Shown: positions 12,345 through 25,878, counted from the whole stretch's first letter. The stretch is DNA of 63,940 bases, filler included, from Octopus bimaculoides (GCF_001194135.2; 6 parts of 5 records of this genome joined end to end with filler, not necessarily neighbours in it), one strand, 5' to 3'. Notes: generated by a model from the sequence alone, not told the origin. Made by a program: numbers and translations.

Positions 12345-13620
12345 CAGGCAGCTGCAGGAGAAATACCTAGCCAAAGATAAACCTCTGTACTTGGCTTTTG
12401 TTGACTTGGAGAAAGCCTTTGACAGGGTCCCCCGATCCCCTATCTGGTGGTCAATACAGAAACTAGGGTTAGACTAGTGGTTGGTGAGCGCTGTACAAGC
12501 CTTGTACAGGGATGCTGTCAGTAAGGTGATTGTTGGCAACAAGTACAGCAAAGAATTCAGGGTACAAGTAGAGATTTACCAAGGATCAGGGTACAAGTAG
12601 AGGTTCTCCAAGGCTTCCTACTGTTCATCATAGTCCTCCAACCAATAACAGAGGAATTTAAGACAGGTTGCCCCTGGGAATTCCTCTATGTTGATGAGCT
12701 TGCTCTTATAGCTGAATCACTACCAGAACTAAAAAAATTGCAGGTATGGAAACAAGATCTAGAATCAAAGAGCCTTAGAGTGAACCTAGCAAAAACCAAA
12801 GTCTTAGTAAGTAGGAAGGCAGACAAACTACACATCCCTTCATGTGGATGGCCCTGCTCAATCAGAAGAAAAGATGTAGGTAGAAACTCCATAAGATGCA
12901 CCTGATGTAATCTTTGGACACACAAAAGGTGCAGCAATATCAGAGGAAGGCTAACAGGGGAAATTGCATTTGTATATGGAAGATGCATAAACAATAAACA
13001 TTGAAGACGTGCAGAAAATAGACTCCATCAACTGCCAGGAGATCAAGCTAGAGGTAGTAGATAGCTTCTGTTATCTAGGTGACCAAGTTAGTAGCGGAGA
13101 TGGATGCTCCAAGAGAATAACTATGAGAATAAGATTAGGCTGGGCAAAGTTCAGAGAACTCCTGCCTCTGCTGAGGGCCTATCTCTCAGTGTGAAAGACA
13201 GATTGTATGATGTCTGTGTGCAAACAACTATGCTACATGGCAGTAAAACATGGGCTGTGACAGCCAAGGACATGCATAGGCTTGAAATAAATGAAGTCAG
13301 TATGTTTCGCTGGATGTGCAATGTTAGTGTACATGCTTGACAGAGTGTAAGCATCTTGAGAGAAAAATTAGGTATAAGAGAGATCAGATGGTATGCAAGA
13401 AAGATGACTGCGTTGGTATGGTTATGTGATGCATATGGATGAGGACAGCAATGTAAAGTGCCGATCTCTGACTGTGGAGAGAACCTATGGTAGAGGTAGA
13501 CACAGGGGGACATGAGACAAGATAGTGAAGCATAATCTTCGAACTTTGAGTCTCACAGAGGCAATGACTAGTGACCAAGACCTTTGGTGATATGTTGTGC
13601 TCAAGAAGACACATGAAGTG
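12345..13620 (+). mobile_element. 5'-truncated RTE/RTEX LINE (RT domain to C-terminus)
   Basis: LQEKYLAKDKPLYLAFVDLEKAFDRVP, LEVVDSFCYLGD, RIRLGWAKFRELLPLL; stops and frameshifts present. Confidence 0.9.
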
Positions 13621-13699
13621 AATTCATAGTCGTGACTGATGTCAGTGGTGTATAAAGAGCATCGAGCCTCATGGAGGTAAAGTGGCTGAGTTACTTTTA

Positions 13700-13928
13700 T
13701 GCGTTGGGCTTCACGGAGGAATGTTCCTTTTGTGTGTTGGAGCAAAGTGCCATTTGTGTGTTGGGGGAATGTTCCTTTTGTGTGTCGGAGGAAAGTGCCT
13801 TTTGTGTGTCGGAGGAAAGTGCCTTTTGTAGGTCGGAGGAAAGTGCCTCTTCGTGGGTCGGAGGAAAGTGCCTCTTCGTGGGTCGGGGGGAAAGTGCCCT
13901 CCGTGCGCCGGGGGGGAAAGTGCCCTCC
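13700..13928 (+). repeat. 24-bp minisatellite
   Basis: About nine units of (gtc)ggaggaaagtgccttttgtgt, running into a gap. Confidence 0.85.
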
Positions 13929-14028
13929 NNNNNNNNNNNNNNNNNNNNNNNNNNNNNNNNNNNNNNNNNNNNTTAATTAATTAANNNNNNNNNNNNNNNN
14001 NNNNNNNNNNNNNNNNNNNNNNNNNNNN

Positions 14029-14395
14029 GATGTCATCACTGAATTGTTTAACAATCGCTAGCAGGCCTTTGAGTTGTTGGTCATTTTTTGCAAAGAGCTT
14101 TAAATCATCCATGTAAATGAGATGATTTATATTTTTATCAAATATTTTATAACCATACTGTGCATCATTGAGCAATTTTGAGAGCGGTATTAGGGCTAGA
14201 CAGAAGAGGAGTGGTGATAGTGAGTCACCCTGGAAAATGCCACATGAAATTCTTACATCTCCAGCATTTAGAGATTCATTGTCATTGTTCAACATCAGTG
14301 TGGTTCTCCATGGTCTCATACTTACAGATAAAAAGTTTCGCAGAGTAGGAGCTATTTTATACATTTTGCAGCTTAACAATGCTCAAACTTATAAA
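14029..14395 (-). mobile_element. Dong/R4-type LINE reverse transcriptase fragment
   Basis: Open frame GIFQGDSLSPLLFCLAL...NHLIYMDDLKLFAK. Confidence 0.85.
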
Positions 14396-14404
14396 AAGGA
14401 TGTC

Positions 14405-14830
14405 TGTTCTATCTACTCTTCATCAGTTCCTTAGCGTATCGAGATAAAACGGTAGAATCTATTTTATTCCTGGATCTGATGGAATGAGTATGGGGTACAT
14501 TAATGCATTTAAATACATTTACATTGAGATCTTTAATTCTTTTCTGTACTATTTTTTTTTCTTTATAAATTATTTCAGTCACATACACAAATACGTTTGT
14601 GAAACATTTGGGCAAATAGTGACTTTTTTTTTCAGGTGATTAGTTTGCGGAGTAGCTTGTTCTATAACTTTGGCTATAGCAAAATATTTGGTATGCGATG
14701 CTTTTCAAGCAACTGTAGCTAACTTTTACATTATTCTTTTTGAATTGCTTATGATATTTAACGCTGATAGATAGATCTCGTTCTTTTACCATTGGCAGAA
14801 ACATTCTAACTATATTGAATACCACACACA
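14405..14830 (-). mobile_element. Decayed Penelope-like element C-terminal fragment
   Basis: KKNNVKVSYSC and HTHSIRSRNKIDSTVLSRYAKEL resemble the region around the PLE GIY-YIG domain. Confidence 0.55.
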
Positions 14831-15170
14831 TACAATGAAGGATGCGGTGTTAAACAAGTTAATGTGCATTTTCTTAGTTGTACTACTTTGTAGTTTCTGT
14901 TCCATTCATTCTACTTTATCTTTGAAACACATTTTTTCAATGAAGAGAGCGATGGGATTAAATACGATATTCCTCTACTAATGTTACTAACGTTTATGAT
15001 TTTGGGCAGACGGTTGATTTCTTTTTTATGTATTTGTATTATATTTCCATTTGGTTTCTATAAATAGCGGTGATATGTGTGTGTGCGTGCGTGTATATAA
15101 ATATATAAATATACATATATATATATATGCATGTATGATTGTAAATATATATATACATATACATATACAT

Positions 15171-15212
<42 letters not shown>

Positions 15213-15658
15213 NNNNNNNNNNNNNNNNNNNNNNNNNNNNNNNNNNNNNNNNNNNNNNNNNNNNNNNNNNNNNNNNNNNNNNNNNNNNNNNNNNNNNNNN
15301 NNNNNNNNNNNNNNNNNNNNNNNNNNNNNNNNNNNNNNNNNNNNNNNNNNNNNNNNNNNNNNNNNNNNNNNNNNNNNNNNNNNNNNNNNNNNNNNNNNNN
15401 NNNNNNNNNNNNNNNNNNNNNNNNNNNNNNNNNNNNNNNNNNNNNNNNNNNNNNNNNNNNNNNNNNNNNNNNNNNNNNNNNNNNNNNNNNNNNNNNNNNN
15501 NNNNNNNNNNNNNNNNNNNNNNNNNNNNNNNNNNNNNNNNNNNNNNNNNNNNNNNNNNNNNNNNNNNNNNNNNNNNNNNNNNNNNNNNNNNNNNNNNNNN
15601 NNNNNNNNNNNNNNNNNNNNNNNNNNNNNNNNNNNNNNNNNNNNNNNNNNNNNNNNNN

Positions 15659-15697
<39 letters not shown>

Positions 15698-16508
15698 ATG
15701 TGTGTCTGAACGTGATTCTATATTTGGTCGAGTTATTGTCTATGTGTGTGGTGGGGGAGTAATTCTCGGATGTATGTCAAGAGTCGGGAAATCTCCAATT
15801 GAGTAAGCAAGGGGCAGAGAGAGAGACTGGCAAAGACTGTATTTTGCGAGAGAGAGAGAGAAAGAGAGAGAGGGGGGGAGGGGTGAAGAAGGAGGAAAGG
15901 GATAAAGAAAGAATGAGAGGGAATGGAGGAAATTGCGAGAGAGAATGTTGAGAGATAAAAGGTTGACTTTGCAATGCCGGTGAAAATTGAAAGATCTGTG
16001 AAGGTGATGGAGGCAATGGATTTAATTCTCTTGCTGATGAGAAGTCACTGGATGTTTATTGCTGGGTGGGGATGATAAAGAGAGGGGAATACTGTATGTA
16101 GGAAGAGGGGGAAAGACGTGAGAACTCAAAGGTCTGTGGTACCAAACAGTTATCAATAATAACTCGAGATACACCAACTATTATAAACACTGAAAATATT
16201 TGTGTTATATAATATTGTTTAATACACTGACAGAATCGCTGTGGTGTTTAGCAGCGTACTTTACGTTCTGAGTTCAAATCCTGCTGAGATCGACTTTGTA
16301 GATCACTCCAGAGGTCAACTATAAATATATCATTCATGCGCTAAAATCAAAATTAATCGATGTACCTTCTCTTCTCGAAAGGTGTTGCCGAGTGCTCAAG
16401 ATTAGGTCTTTATGTTCAAATCCCGCCGAGGGATTTGACTTTGCAGATCATTCCGTAGGTCATTTGAAAATGTGTCTTTCATGTGCTAAAATCGAATTTA
16501 TTGAGGTT

Positions 16509-16812
16509 TGGTAAGAAGCTTGCTTCCCAACTACATGGAAGACACTTGCCTAGCCTAGGGCCGACCAGTCTTGTGAGTGGACTTGATATACAGAAACGTG
16601 TGTGTATTTTCCTCTTACCACTGTTTGACAACCGATCCTGGTGTGTTTACGTCCCCGTAACTTAACGGTTCGGCAAAAGTGGCAGATAGAATAAGTACCA
16701 AGCTTTGAAAAAAATAAGTTCTGGTGTCGATACATTCGACTAAAATTTCTTCAAGGCGGTGCCCCAGCATGGCCTCAGTCTAATGACTGAAAAAAGTAAA
16801 AGATAAAAGATA
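16509..16812 (+). mobile_element. SINE family C (internally deleted)
   Basis: ggtaagaagcttgcttcccaac...cttgtgagtgga...gtttacgtccccgtaac...ccagcatggc. Confidence 0.8.
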
Positions 16813-17497
16813 AATTATACCTTTTCTTCCCGAAAGATCTGGCCTCGTGCTGAAGATTAGAAGTAAATTTTTACTTATCTAAATAAGAGCCAATAAAAAC
16901 ACAACTACATTATATAGTTGCTAGTCATTCTAGAAAAAGAAATAGCCGTCACTTGCAAGCGAATATGGCTTGGTAGCTTCGCCATGCTTTCGCTAATTAT
17001 TTGAGGTTCGCTTGTAGTCGCGAACAAGCAGAGATATTCTCTCGGTGTCTATATCTGTTAGAAATAACAGCCAGTTTTCTCGAAATCACATCTGGAAATT
17101 TAGTTCAACGAATACTTAATTAGAAAAAAATATGAGTAGATGGTCACGGCTAGAATACATTTAATCTGTTCGATCAGAGTTGATGTTGAATCAGTGAATT
17201 GGTTGGATAGATAGTTGGATGCCGAAATAGAAATTTATAGCTATTTACATATACATTTGTGTGTGGTATATGTGTGTATGTATACGTGGATGTATAAGTA
17301 TGTGTGGATGGACAGTGGGACGGACGGATTGGAAGACAAATGCCATTCACAACGAGGAAGCAGAAAGAGACGGCAATCATCTGTGAAGTTTGGAGCAATC
17401 ACGCGATAGGTATATAAGTTGTATGTATGTATGTATATATATATGTATGTATGTATGCATGCATGTATGCATGTATGTATATATGTGAGTGTGTGTA

Positions 17498-17533
<36 letters not shown>

Positions 17534-18224
17534 NNNNNNNNNNNNNNNNNNNNNNNNNNNNNNNNNNNNNNNNNNNNNNNNNNNNNNNNNNNNNNNNNNN
17601 NNNNNNNNNNNNNNNNNNNNNNNNNNNNNNNNNNNNNNNNNNNNNNNNNNNNNNNNNNNNNNNNNNNNNNNNNNNNNNNNNNNNNNNNNNNNNNNNNNNN
17701 NNNNNNNNNNNNNNNNNNNNNNNNNNNNNNNNNNNNNNNNNNNNNNNNNNNNNNNNNNNNNNNNNNNNNNNNNNNNNNNNNNNNNNNNNNNNNNNNNNNN
17801 NNNNNNNNNNNNNNNNNNNNNNNNNNNNNNNNNNNNNNNNNNNNNNNNNNNNNNNNNNNNNNNNNNNNNNNNNNNNNNNNNNNNNNNNNNNNNNNNNNNN
17901 NNNNNNNNNNNNNNNNNNNNNNNNNNNNNNNNNNNNNNNNNNNNNNNNNNNNNNNNNNNNNNNNNNNNNNNNNNNNNNNGCGATGGTGGATAAGAAAGGA
18001 AGGAAATGGAAGAAAAAAGAGGATAAAGTGTTTACTGATCCGTCTCAATCCGCTCATGTATAATACACACAGCACATATTTACAAACAGGTGCACCGTTT
18101 AATACATTTGCACCATACATACATACATACATAAATGCATACATACATACATACATACATACATGCATACATGCATACATACATACATACATACATGCAT
18201 GCATACATATATGCATGGGCGTGG

Positions 18225-18590
18225 ATGTGTGGTAAGAAGCTTGCTTCTCAACCACATGGTTCTGGGTTCAGTGCCACTCGTGGAACCTTAGGCAAGTGTC
18301 TTCTTCTATAACCACGGGCTGACCAAAGCCTTGTGAGTGGATTTGGTAGACAGAAACTGAAAGAAGCCCGTCGTGTGTGTATGTGTATGTGCCCCGCGAC
18401 CGCTTGACAACGAGAGCTAGTGTGTTTACGTCGCCGTCACTTAGCGGTTCGGCAAAAGTGGCCGATAGAATAAGTTGCAGGCTTTTAAAAAATAAGTACT
18501 GGGGTCGATACATGCTACTAAAAATTCTTCAAAGTGGTGCCCCAGCATGACCACAGTCTAATGACTGAAACGCGCAATAGATAAAAGATA
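18225..18590 (+). mobile_element. SINE family C
   Basis: Near full-length copy of the same consensus. Confidence 0.85.
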
Positions 18591-18732
18591 TATTCATTCA
18601 TTCATTCATTCAAGATTAGCTTGTTTATGTTGTCTAAATGCTGATGAAAGAGTCTTGTTTCTAGGTTAGAAACTGGCTCTTTCTTCGTCGCAGAGAAAAT
18701 CGGAAAACATTTATGCATACATACGTGTACAC

Positions 18733-18800
18733 CAGTGGTTCCCAACCTTTTCAACTACCAACGACCCCTTTTATTTAAATGAGTTTTCCCACGGACCCCA
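18733..18800 (+). mobile_element. hAT (Charlie-like) transposon end
   Basis: cagtggttcccaacctttt terminus; partner end not found. Confidence 0.45.
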
Positions 18801-19777
18801 GGATATTGAAATGTCTGTCAGCATAACATGTTCACACGTGTCTGTGGAGTGCTTAACCACTTGAACGTTAAAATCGCGAGAACACTAGCGTAGCTGGGAG
18901 TGGGAGGCATTCCTTTCCGGGCAGCACTTTTAGGTCTGCTGTAAGCAATATGTGTTTTTCGTGGGGTCCGGGGGTGGCAAACGGAAGGGCCGCTCCAGGC
19001 GGCACACATACTAGCGCGAGCAAGATATTTCGTCGATCGAATCAACTGGAACACTCGTCATCGTTACTGACAGAGTGCCACTTAAGTCACACACACACAC
19101 ACACACACACACTTAATCTATCGCTCATTTTAATGCCATTTCCTGGCTCTTTGATGCCTTTATTGGAGTCCACTCGTATGCTGGCATTTTAGCCAGATCT
19201 CCGATCGGAGGATAACTTTCTCCCATCAATCATGAAGTTCCTGAAAGGTCGTGGATACAGCCCTTTTCCAACTGAATACGCCATTACAAAAACGAAAACC
19301 GCGCACAAGACATATGTATACATACCGACACAGACACACGCAGTATATACACTCATACACGCATATGCACCCACATATTTACGCGTGTGTGTGCGTATGT
19401 GTGTGTGTGCGCGTGTGTATGTGTGTGTGTGCTGAACAGTATGTGCAGGATGTACGAACGATACAAATCGGCCCAAACCAACACTACGCTACTGATATAC
19501 ACGTAGGCATTCGTGCATACACGCACGCACGCACGCACGCACAAACACACACACACACACACAAACACACACAAACACACACACACAGTAGCCTTGATAA
19601 GGTTAGTTCATTCAAGGACTCAATACAGAAATTTATTACCAATTCATCATCATCATCATCATCATCGAATTGTGAGTCTACACTTTTGTATTTTATGACA
19701 TCGGCGGGAATACAGTCAAATAATTGGCTGTTGAGCAATAATGGGTCTGTGGTTGGTTTTGTGAGATACATCTATGT

Positions 19778-19906
19778 TGAGTGAACTGGGCAACGTGAAA
19801 TAAAGTGTCTTGCTCAAGAAAGAGCACAACACACAGCCCTGTCCGGGAATCAAACTCACTACCTCATGATTGAGCCCGACGCTCTAACCACTGAGTCATG
19901 CGCCTT
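19778..19906 (-). mobile_element. SINE family D, tRNA head (inverted)
   Basis: Reverse complement gcatgactcagtggttagagcgtcgg...gagtttgattcc...cagttcactca matches 23832-23955. Confidence 0.8.
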
Positions 19907-20104
19907 CACCGACCTATTACCCTAACAATACATACACACGCAAACACGTATTTGTGTGTATAATATATGTAGATATGTCGCGCGCGCGCGTGTCTGTGTG
20001 TGTGTGTGTGTGTCTGTGTGTGTGTGTGTGTGTGTCTGTGTGTGTGTGTGTGAGTGTTATAAAAGTAAGGTCATCTTGGAATTGCTTTACGCGGTTTCAT
20101 TCAT

Positions 20105-20310
20105 CACTCATCTGCAGAAATGAGTTGCGACGTCACTGGTGCCAAGCTGTATCGGCCTTTGCCTTTCTCTTAAATAACATTGGTGGCGTGGAGAAGGGAG
20201 GCTGGTATCCATGGGTGACTGCTGGTCTTCCATAAACAACCTTGCCTAGACTTGTGCCTGGGAGAGTAACTTTCTAAGTGCAATCCCATGGTCATTTATG
20301 ACTGAAGGGG
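20105..20310 (+). mobile_element. SINE family D, body and tail
   Basis: cactca..agaaatgagttgcgacg...ccatggtcatt matches 23950-24144. Confidence 0.8.
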
Positions 20311-20399
20311 ATCCTTCCTTTTTCTATGTTGAAACTTTCCGTCTAAATACTTTACTTATGACATCGATGGATTCACCATATATTTCTCCAGTTACATGT

Positions 20400-21095
20400 C
20401 CTACATCCATATCACAACACATCATTTTGTACAGTTCCATCATAAATTTAAGAAGTCATCACGTCGAGAATTCATGCTACTAGAACTTTTAAATTTTACA
20501 CATATCTCCACATAAGTCTAAAATGGCAATAGCTTGATGCCTGACTCGATGATATTACATTTGAGCTTCTTGGAATTGCATTCACTATTTGATGGAATGT
20601 TCCTCAGAGAAGGATATTTTTGCCTCCAAACGCTTTGTCATTCCCAATTATCTCCATTAGAAGCATGGTATACAATTTGAGAGCCCTTGAAGACAGCACG
20701 GACGCTCGTTAACTATGAGCAGGAAAGCTGAAGAGTTAGCACAACTACAGTTAGAGGAAATAGGATAGAAATAGAACGTATAAATCCGCCATGTGTTGTT
20801 CGTTCGCCACACAAATCTGTTGCTTTTTCAATGGCTACGAATAGAGCAGTTTTACCTCTGCCTGAAGCAACCAATTAAAATATTGTACAATACATATCCT
20901 CTCGGTTCATTTGATTAAATAGAATCTGCGATCAGTTCTATTAACTTTAAAGCGCAGTGATAAAGAATTCAAATATTTCTCGTCTAAAATTCGTACTTCT
21001 GACTCGATTCTTGTTTCAGCTTCATCTGGTCCGTGTGGTTCTTTATGATGAATGAAATCGCTCAAAGCAATTCCAAGATGACGCGTGCCATCTGA
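20400..21095 (-). mobile_element. Very old Helitron PIF1-helicase fragment
   Basis: HLGIALSDF; RFYL; GKTALFVAIEKATDLCGERTTHGGF (cf. GKIALAVASSGIAATLLPGGRTAHSRF); NDKAFGGKNILL*GTFHQ (cf. FGGKVVVLGGDFRQ), in the correct order. Confidence 0.6.
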
Positions 21096-22009
21096 ACTTA
21101 CTGTTACAAAACACACCACACACACACACACACACACACACAACACAAAACAACAAAACATACATACACACTCACAAACACACAACATATCTACATATAT
21201 AATACACACACACACGTATGTGCGTGTGCGTGTGTGGTTGGGGTAATAGGTCGGTGCAGTTATGTGGAACGTAAGCAGTGAATAGGTATGTAAATATAAG
21301 CAAACGAACAATTGAATGAACAAATGATAAAATAATTGGCAACATGAAACCTAGTTGCCGTATAAGTTTTGTTGCTTATTCTATTCATCAGGCAGACTTT
21401 TGTTCTCATCGATAAATTGGGAGTCATATACCTTTGTTGTTCGGAACACGTATTCAACTCTGTAACAGGTTGAGATTTGCTTTCTGCTTTCTAATGATGT
21501 TCACCTTTGCAATGCAGCCTTCATTTTTGTGTATGAGATTATTGCACTTGCTGATGTGGTCTTGTGTGTACTTGTTTGATGTGTCCTAAGTAGCAGTTGC
21601 AATTATTAAGTTAATTTGTAAACTACATTGGATAACATTCATACTGATCGTGTGCTCCTTTGGCACGACATTCAGATGCAGTAAATCTCAGGATTGCTGG
21701 AGGGCATTTATTTAGGAGCAGCAACCGGCTTTAAACTGAAGGAGAAGGACTACGTATATAGAAATACATATTTAGTTTCCCCCTAGCAACAATGGTGTGC
21801 TAAAGTTTCCGGCCCTCAGTTTATCGATAAAAACAGAAATCTGATGACGAGTTATAACTGGAAAGAACTCGCAGAATAAAGCGAATAAGTAATAAGGTTT
21901 TATATCAGCAACAAAACTTTTCGGCGCCATTTATTTTACTGCTCGCTCATTCATTCGTTCTCTTGCCAATACATTCAGCCAATTGCTTGTTATCATTATT
22001 AGCCCAATG

Positions 22010-22230
22010 GAAGGCAGCGAACTTGGAGAAACGCTAGCATGCTGGGCAAAATGCTTAGTAGCATTTCGTCCGTCTTTTTGTTCTGGGTTCCGATTCCACC
22101 GAGGTCGAGTTTGCCTTTCATTATGTTGCGGTTGATAAAACAAATACCAGTTGAACATAGAGTCGATGTAATCGACTTACCCTCCCCCGAAATTACTGGC
22201 CTAGTACTAAAATTTGAAACCATTACCAGC
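22010..22230 (+). mobile_element. SINE family B
   Basis: gggttccgattccaccgaggtcgagtttgcctttcat...gtcgatgtaatcgactta. Confidence 0.75.
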
Positions 22231-22639
22231 CTAATAGAAGGCGTCAAGCTGGACAAATCGTTAGAGTTTAGAGGGGGAAATGTTTAAAAGTATTTGTTCT
22301 GATTCTTTACATTCTGAGTTCAAATCCCGCCTTTCACTCTTTAGGAGTCGATAAAATCAAAAGTACCGAAGTCGTTTCTATCTCAAATTCTATAGTGTGG
22401 TGTCTCATATGTATGCATAGTTCTCTTGAGATGGATTATCATATTGCTGTTGTGTTGGCATGTTATAGTGCTAAATCCATCACCTCAAAATTACTGGCCT
22501 TGTGCCTAAATTAGGAACAATAATTAATCTAAACGAAAGCGGTGGGTTGGAAAAATCGCTAAGGCATCGGGGAAAAGTGCCGAGCAGTATTTGTTCCTGT
22601 TCTTTATATTCTTGGGACAAAAACCACCGTGTTCATTTT

Positions 22640-22837
22640 ATTGCTTTATTCTTTTATCTGTTTCACTCATTAGACTGCAGCCATGTTGGGGCACCGTCTT
22701 GAAGAATTTTAGTTGAACGAATCGATCCCAGTACATTATTTTAAGCCTGATATTTATTCTATAGGTCACTTTTACCGAGCTGCTAAGTTACAGGGACATA
22801 GACACACCAACACCGGTTATCAAGCGGTGATGGGGGA

Positions 22838-22885
<48 letters not shown>

Positions 22886-22965
22886 AGGTTTCTTTTAGTT
22901 TCTGTCGAACAAATCCACTCACAAGGCTTTGGTCGGCTCGAGGTAATAGTACGTAACACTTGCCC
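22640..22965 (-). mobile_element. SINE family C
   Basis: Reverse-complement copy with internal (CA)n. Confidence 0.8.
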
Positions 22966-23831
22966 AAGGAGTCGTTCAAATAAAGTACCAATCAAACACC
23001 TTAGCCGGTTAAAATCCTTCCACTCAAAACTCTTGGCCTTGTGGCGAATCAGAAAGCATATTCAACACTTGCGTCCCACGTGACTTCACCAATGTAATTT
23101 CATCAAAACTGGAAATGGCTTAACTACGTCGACGTAGGTAGTGATACTTAGCTTTCTAAATGTGAATTTGTATCCTTAAGAGTCGGTTTACGTAAAGGCT
23201 AGAAATATGTATTCTTGCTTTAGAATTAATATATTCATATATTCTGCAGTAAGCTACTTAAATTTTTCTCACGTCTATGTTATCTCATTGATAATGGCAT
23301 AAGAACAGAACCTGTATTTACAATCACACACACACATGTAGACAATGAAGCCCTTTAGGAATGATAAAGAAAAGAAATCTAACGTGCCGTTTCAATAGGA
23401 AACCATTTCAATGATAAACCGTTTCTATAGGCATGTATTTCATAGAAAATTAAATATGTGGAACTATTGTTTTCTGCGCTCTTGTTAATAGGTCAGCTGA
23501 TCTAGAAGAACAAATCCCTTATTGTGAATTAGCGGCCAAGATTTTCAATGTGCGGTTAAAATAGAGCTGATAGGACCAAATTGAAATAAAAATGAGGAAC
23601 AAGCCACTGGCGAGGTCCGAGCTATGTATTATGACCTGTGGGGCGTAAATATGTATATAATAAAAGAACAGAAACTCAGTTTTATAATTTGAGGTATAGG
23701 AATTGAGAGGCGCTTTGTGCAGTAATCAATAGATACGTCATTCGGATCCGGTCGGTGAACCTGTTTCTCTTTGCTATCTCAAATTCTATATTGTGTTGTG
23801 TCTTAAATGTATGTATCGTTCTCTTCTGAAG

Positions 23832-24144
23832 GTGCATGGCTCAGTGGTTAGAGCGTCGAGCTCACAATCATGGGTTAGGGAGTTCGATTCCCAGACCGGG
23901 CTGTGTGTTGTGTTCTTGAGCAAGACACTTTATTTCACGTTGCTCCAGTTCACTCAGCTGTAGAAATGAGTTGCGACGTTACTGATGTCAAGCTGTATCG
24001 GCCTTTGCCTTTCCCTCGGATAAAATAGGTGGCGTGGAGAGGGGAGGCTGGTATGCATGGGCGACTGCTGGTCTTCCACAAACAAGCTTGCCCGGACTCG
24101 TGCCTTGGGGGGTAATTTTTTTAGGTGCAATTCCATGGTCATTC
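23832..24144 (+). mobile_element. SINE family D (full length)
   Basis: A box tggctcagtgg, B box gagttcgattcc, tail ccatggtcattc. Confidence 0.85.
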
Positions 24145-24384
24145 NNNNNNNNNNNNNNNNNNNNNNNNNNNNNNNNNNNNNNNNNNNNNNNNNNNNNNNN
24201 NNNNNNNNNNNNNNNNNNNNNNNNNNNNNNNNNNNNNNNNNNNNNNNNNNNNNNNNNNNNNNNNNNNNNNNNNNNNNNNNNNNNNNNNNNNNNNNNNNNN
24301 NNNNNNNNNNNNNNNNNNNNNNNNNNNNNNNNNNNNNNNNNNNNNNNNNNNNNNNNNNNNNNNNNNNNNNNNNNNNNNNNNNNN

Positions 24385-24457
<73 letters not shown>

Positions 24458-24574
24458 ATGAGTAAGTGAGTGAGTGAGTGACAACCATTTGTGCGCAGAA
24501 ATTAAGTCAGAACGAAATGTAATATCTGCATAGAAGGATACGTGGTTAAAAATAACAACAAATAGGTAATTAAT

Positions 24575-24815
24575 AAACAGAGGGTAGTGTCAAGACATGA
24601 CTGCACGGATTCTTCAAGCTGAGCCAATCAGCAGGAGACCTAGAGGTAAACCAAGAACGAGATGCTTGGATAATATTCACAATCTCAGTTGGCCCCACTA
24701 AGGAATCCAGCGAGAAAGTGTAATGACGGATACTTCTGGTAGGACCATACTCGACCTGATACTCTACCCCCACGGCCCTCTCAGGAACAGCAGGCGGAGA
24801 AGATGGGTGGATAGA
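24575..24815 (+). mobile_element. RTE 3' end fragment
   Basis: ARILQAEPISRRPRGKPRTRCLDNI (cf. RPRGRPRTRW). Confidence 0.65.
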
Positions 24816-25554
24816 TAGACAAATTAATTCATAACATATAGAGTCGATTGAATGTGAATCACTGTGTGTTTTCTTGGTGCATGTTATGATAAACAATCTG
24901 AGAATAAAACGCCGATCCTTGCTTAAAATAATAAAAGTGGAATTGAGTACAAAGAGTGACAACTTCACTGAGACATTTTCGTGTCGGACATAGTCCATGG
25001 CTTTGTTAATGCCAAGGTAACCACATAACTTTCACCAAAGTTATCACATATGAGAGACTACTTGCTTATGACAGACGTAAGTATGTCTCTAGCAAATACT
25101 TCATGACCTCACTGGTGATCACTGACAAAGGATATATTGTTTTATAAGTTAGCCAGGGAAGGCAAGTGAAATTGATGCGATACCCGCTTTGACATCTACA
25201 GTTCAATGTATGCAGGAAATCGTAGTCAGAGCGGAAGCTGGTCTGGTCCGATTACTTGCTACAGAGTTAACTCCCTTAGCGGCACTTAAGTAAATTAGAC
25301 ACGTGATTGTCTACAACTATTTCTATCATCCTTGTGGTGTTTTATCAGGAAGAGCAGTACTTATAGATCTATTTTCGTTGAGGAGTGATGAGCTGGAGAA
25401 TTCTGTAGATAGCTCCTTTAGTAAGGAAACAAAAGGCCTTGTAGCAATTTTCGAATTGAATAGACGTGTTGCGTGATGAGTGAAGGCAACATTTGCTTTC
25501 CTGAAGTTCGTTTCTTTTATCACTATATCACTTCATTTACTTTTTACTGAAATT

Positions 25555-25878
25555 AGTACCAGTGAAACACTGGGTCGATGTAATCGACTAGCCGCCCCTC
25601 CACCTCCTACAAAAATTTCAGGCCTTGTGCCTATAGTAAAAAGGATTATTATTATCATTATTAAGGAGGTGAGCTAGCAGAATCGTTAGCTCGCCGGATG
25701 AAATGCTTAGCGGTATTTTGCCCGTCACTACGTTCTGAGTTCAAATTCCACCGAGGTTGACTTTGCCTTTCACCCTTTCGGGGTCGATAAAATAAGTACC
25801 AAGTGAACACTGGGCTGGATGTAATCGACTCAGCCCCTCCTCAAAAATTGCTGTCCTTGTGGCAAAATTTGAAACCAC

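Noticed and set aside
13973-13984. ttaattaattaa islands inside N-runs (also 35321, 42005, 54566, 61219)
   Set aside because: Identical palindromic spacer with stops in all six frames, always embedded in gaps: an assembly pad, not biology
14410-14430. CTGATGA on the minus strand
   Set aside because: No downstream GAAA or stems; it is the ELMK codons of a PLE fragment
15051-18255. Long ORFs in the track rich in Y/I/C/V/H/T or X (also 38620, 55312, 62069 and others)
   Set aside because: Translations of dinucleotide microsatellites and N-gaps
18647-18690. ctgatga followed by a hairpin containing gaaa
   Set aside because: GAAA is buried in the gtttcta/tagaaac stem; topology does not fit a hammerhead
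20907-21100. Protein-like ORF tail DGTRHLGIALSDF...RFYLIK as a host exon
   Set aside because: Better explained as the upstream part of the decayed Helitron helicase that continues to 20400
21841-21872. ctgatga...gaaa at hammerhead-like spacing
   Set aside because: No NUH site or stem I; cgagtt/aactcg forms a competing hairpin
24570-25523. 142-aa and 65-aa minus-strand ORFs
   Set aside because: The first is antisense to an RTE tail; the second has no usable splice sites or recognisable motif
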